Assembly (NCBI GenBank): GCA_965234725.1
Contig: CBDDUX010000113.1
Location: 1 to 27,388 of the forward strand
DNA: 27,388 nucleotides
Direction: 5' to 3'
Source: Thermoplasmatota archaeon
GTDB lineage: Archaea > Thermoplasmatota > Penumbrarchaeia > Penumbrarchaeales > Penumbrarchaeaceae
In this document: in pieces, positions 25,204 to 27,388 of the stretch
How positions within the stretch are numbered: the first letter of the stretch is position 1
Layout: each line of letters begins with the position of its first letter
Translations under genes and position numbers: made by a program
Notes under the pieces: generated by a model
Seen by the model: the letters and a program-made list of their open reading frames with translations, nothing else
Database searches by the model: none
What the model was told of the DNA's origin: nothing

Positions 25204-26199
25204 ATGGAAGCCCCTCTTGAAAGGGAAGGAATGAACGTCCTTGAAGAGATCAAAGAGGATCCGAGGTATGGAGTGTCCCCATGGGATCGGAGCATTGAGG
25301 ACCTCCTGAAGAAGGGTATGGTGGTCATAGACAAGCCTAGAGGACCTACCAGCCATCAGGTGGTCTCATGGATCAAAGGTATTCTGGGAATTGAGAAGGC
25401 CGGTCATCACGGGACACTCGATCCGAATACCACAGGTGTCCTTCCCGTAGCGCTGGGAGACTCGGCAAAGCTTCTGGATACTACCCTGAGCGGAGGGAAG
25501 GAATACATTACGATCATGCACCTTCACTCACCGGTCAGCAAGGAAAGCCTACATGGTGTTCTTTCGGATTTTACGGGTGAGATATATCAGATGGTCCCGG
25601 TCAGATCAGCTGTAAAGAGAGGTCTCAGGACAAGGACCATGGAATACATCAAGCTCCTTGAGACCGAAGGTAACGATCATCTTATTCTGATCGGTTGCGA
25701 GTCAGGCACCTATATCAGGACCTTACTTCACGATATGGGAGAAGTTCTTGGAGTAGGAGCAAATATGACAGAACTGAGAAGGACCCGCTCCGGGAAGATC
25801 CGAGAGGACCGGTCCGTTACCCTGCAGGAATTGAGGGATGCATGGGAATTATGCAAGGAAGGGGATGAGACGCTCTTCAGAAAGGTCGTCAGGCCTGCCG
25901 AGGAACTGGTGTCCCATTTAAAGTCAATTGTGATCAAGGATTCAGCTGTTGACGCGGTATGTCATGGGGCTCCTGTGGGGTTACCCGGTCTTGCCGGTGT
26001 CGAGAACGGTATCAAGCAGGGAGATACCATTTCCATCCTCACACAGAAAGGGGAGCTTGTCGCGCTCGGCACCGCAGATATGGACACTGTTAAGATGATG
26101 AGATCTGGCAAGGGTCAGGCTGCATCACCATCCAGGGTCCTGATGGAGACTGGCACATATCCCAGAGCGTGGAAAACCAGAAGTAAAAGCGGGCAGTGA
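25204..26199 (+). CDS. cbf5: Archaeal Cbf5 / TruB-family pseudouridine synthase with PUA domain (ATG 25204 preferred)
   Basis: YG..P.DRSIEDLLKKG; IDKPRGPTSHQV; GHHGTLDP catalytic Asp; KEY; GEIYQ.VPVRSAVKR; CESGTYIRTL; ELRRTRSG; PUA IKDSAVDAVCHGA; YPRAWK. TTTTAATA at 25173-25180 suggests a leaderless start at 25204. Confidence 0.95.
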   Translation: MEAPLEREGMNVLEEIKEDPRYGVSPWDRSIEDLLKKGMVVIDKPRGPTSHQVVSWIKGILGIEKAGHHGTLDPNTTGVLPVALGDSAKLLDTTLSGGKEYITIMHLHSPVSKESLHGVLSDFTGEIYQMVPVRSAVKRGLRTRTMEYIKLLETEGNDHLILIGCESGTYIRTLLHDMGEVLGVGANMTELRRTRSGKIREDRSVTLQELRDAWELCKEGDETLFRKVVRPAEELVSHLKSIVIKDSAVDAVCHGAPVGLPGLAGVENGIKQGDTISILTQKGELVALGTADMDTVKMMRSGKGQAASPSRVLMETGTYPRAWKTRSKSGQ

Positions 26200-26256
26200 T
26201 TTTCACGGTGTCAACAGATATAGTTATATATCGGCGTCATCTTAGTTCAGCTTACC

Positions 26257-26346
26257 TTTTATATCCCAGAACGGAATATAAGGCCCGTTGGGAACAAAGT
26301 CCAGTGAAGTGTTGCTCACTGTACCTGGACATGCCCCACGGAGGTG
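26257..26346 (+). promoter_or_regulatory. TATA box, structured 5' leader and strong SD of the downstream surface-protein gene
   Basis: TTTTATAT 26257-26264; CCGTTGGG (26285-26292) pairs with CCCCACGG (26334-26341); GTCCAG (26299-26304) pairs with CTGGAC (26325-26330); SD GGAGGTG 26340-26346. Confidence 0.5.
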
Positions 26347-26353
26347 GAACCAA

Positions 26354-27280
26354 ATGATCGGAAAAAATGCTTTCAGAGTAAGCATCTTCCTGGTAATGGT
26401 CCTGATGCTTGGGTCGCTATTCGTATATCTTCCCAAGGAGAAGGATGAGGCCGATGCGGTAGGTGCTCCTGCCGTCAGGATAGAACTTGCACAGACCAAA
26501 CAGACAGCTTACGTTGCTCCCGGACAGGATGGAATCGTCACGTTTACCGGACAGGTGACAGCCACAATTCCATGGTCCCCGAATATCCAGTACCTTGTGG
26601 TCACCTTGATGGCTGATGCTGGCGGCTGGGCGGTTTCAGTTCCTCCCTCATTGATCTTCAGCAAAGCCCAGAAGCAGCAGAGCTTCACCCTCTCGGTGCA
26701 GGTCCCGGTAGAGACCTCACAGAAGACCCAGGGTCAGCTCTCTGTATCAGGGAAATGGAGATACAGCCCAGGATCACTCGGAGGGTCCATCGACCCTGCC
26801 ACTGCCATTATCGTGGTCAAGCAGTACTACCAGTTCTCAATAGGATGTGAGAAGCCCTACGTTCAGGTAGGTCCTGGGTCCTCGCTTGGATTCCAGATAA
26901 GGCTTATCAATGAGGGGAATTCCGCAGACAGGCTAAGAGTGGAGATCACCAACCTGGACAAACTTGCTGACATGGGTTGGACCATTCAGCTCTCTCAGGA
27001 TAAGTTCTCTGTCCCTGAGAAGCAGGAGAAGGTCCTCACAGTGTCGGTTACCACTCCGGTGGAGTGGAATGTCTGGAAGAACAAAGTGGACACCATCAGG
27101 TTGAGGATCGTATCCGCACAGGCAGAAAGCCTGGGGGATATATCGGACATCGCGGATTATTCTCTATACATACGTCAACGTGGTTTCTCGATACCGGGCT
27201 TTGAACCGGTACTTGCCATGATGTCCCTGATCATCATTGCGGTCCTACTTGTGGGATTCGCAAAGAGGAAGAGGGCCTGA
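26354..27280 (+). CDS. Secreted Ig-like surface protein with PGF-CTERM-type anchor (choice-of-anchor T-like)
   Basis: ATG 26354 after GGAGGTG; N-terminal signal (KNAFRVSIFLVMVLMLGSLFVYL); beta-rich body with NEGNSAD Ig motif; C-terminal IPGFE + hydrophobic helix + KRKR, the tripartite archaeosortase-type signal. Confidence 0.8.
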   Translation: MIGKNAFRVSIFLVMVLMLGSLFVYLPKEKDEADAVGAPAVRIELAQTKQTAYVAPGQDGIVTFTGQVTATIPWSPNIQYLVVTLMADAGGWAVSVPPSLIFSKAQKQQSFTLSVQVPVETSQKTQGQLSVSGKWRYSPGSLGGSIDPATAIIVVKQYYQFSIGCEKPYVQVGPGSSLGFQIRLINEGNSADRLRVEITNLDKLADMGWTIQLSQDKFSVPEKQEKVLTVSVTTPVEWNVWKNKVDTIRLRIVSAQAESLGDISDIADYSLYIRQRGFSIPGFEPVLAMMSLIIIAVLLVGFAKRKRA

Positions 27281-27306
27281 TAAGGATAAGGTTCCACCAG
27301 ACCAAT

Positions 27307-27337
27307 GGGGGCTGTGTTTTCACAGCCCCCTTTTTTT
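27307..27337 (+). terminator. Hairpin + oligo-T intrinsic terminator
   Basis: GGGGGCTGTG-TTTT-CACAGCCCCC perfect 10-bp stem followed by T7, 26 nt after the stop codon. Confidence 0.85.
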
Positions 27338-27388
27338 ATCACCGATTTTCGCGAGCCTTTTAATAACGACAATTCGACCTTGTTCAGA

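Noticed and set aside
26217..26232. GATATA-gtta-TATATC palindrome after cbf5
   Set aside because: Only 6-bp AT-rich arms; expected by chance.
26299..26333. Possible H/ACA guide RNA downstream of cbf5 (hairpin followed by ACA)
   Set aside because: Too short, with no clear K-turn/K-loop or bipartite pseudouridylation pocket; better explained as the 5' leader of the next gene.
1..27388. tRNA, rRNA, CRISPR array, IS/transposase or prophage genes
   Set aside because: Intergenic gaps are short, and I found no cloverleaf, spaced direct repeats, terminal inverted repeats or mobile-element protein motifs by eye.

Overview
Gene-dense, apparently archaeal chromosomal window. Cbf5, MfnA, an Hps-RraA fusion, a PGF-CTERM-type anchor and TATA-box promoters are consistent with a Thermoplasmatota-like euryarchaeon, but taxonomy is inferred, not determined. 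In order it contains: a 5'-truncated multidomain surface protein; flavodoxin-like, DUF2461-like and SAM-methyltransferase genes; a translationally coupled three-gene cluster resembling the ArsS radical SAM + TIGR04282 + TIGR04283 (arsenosugar-associated) set; a ~2,090-aa modular surface protein; a small orphan ORF with a sensor-less REC-HisKA-HATPase kinase; a MarR-MATE pair with a palindromic operator; SRPBCC, phosphohexomutase, Hps-RraA and MfnA genes; a five-gene operon built on an intact and a degenerate KaiC/RAD55-like ATPase; Cbf5; and a PGF-CTERM surface protein with a structured leader and hairpin terminator. The best candidates for an undescribed system are the KaiC-like operon (21097-25189), the archaeal ArsS-type cluster (4027-6377) and the giant surface protein with an internal hydrophobic Gly/Ala-rich segment. 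I saw no tRNA, rRNA, CRISPR array or transposase. All family assignments come from motif recognition by eye; no database search was run.
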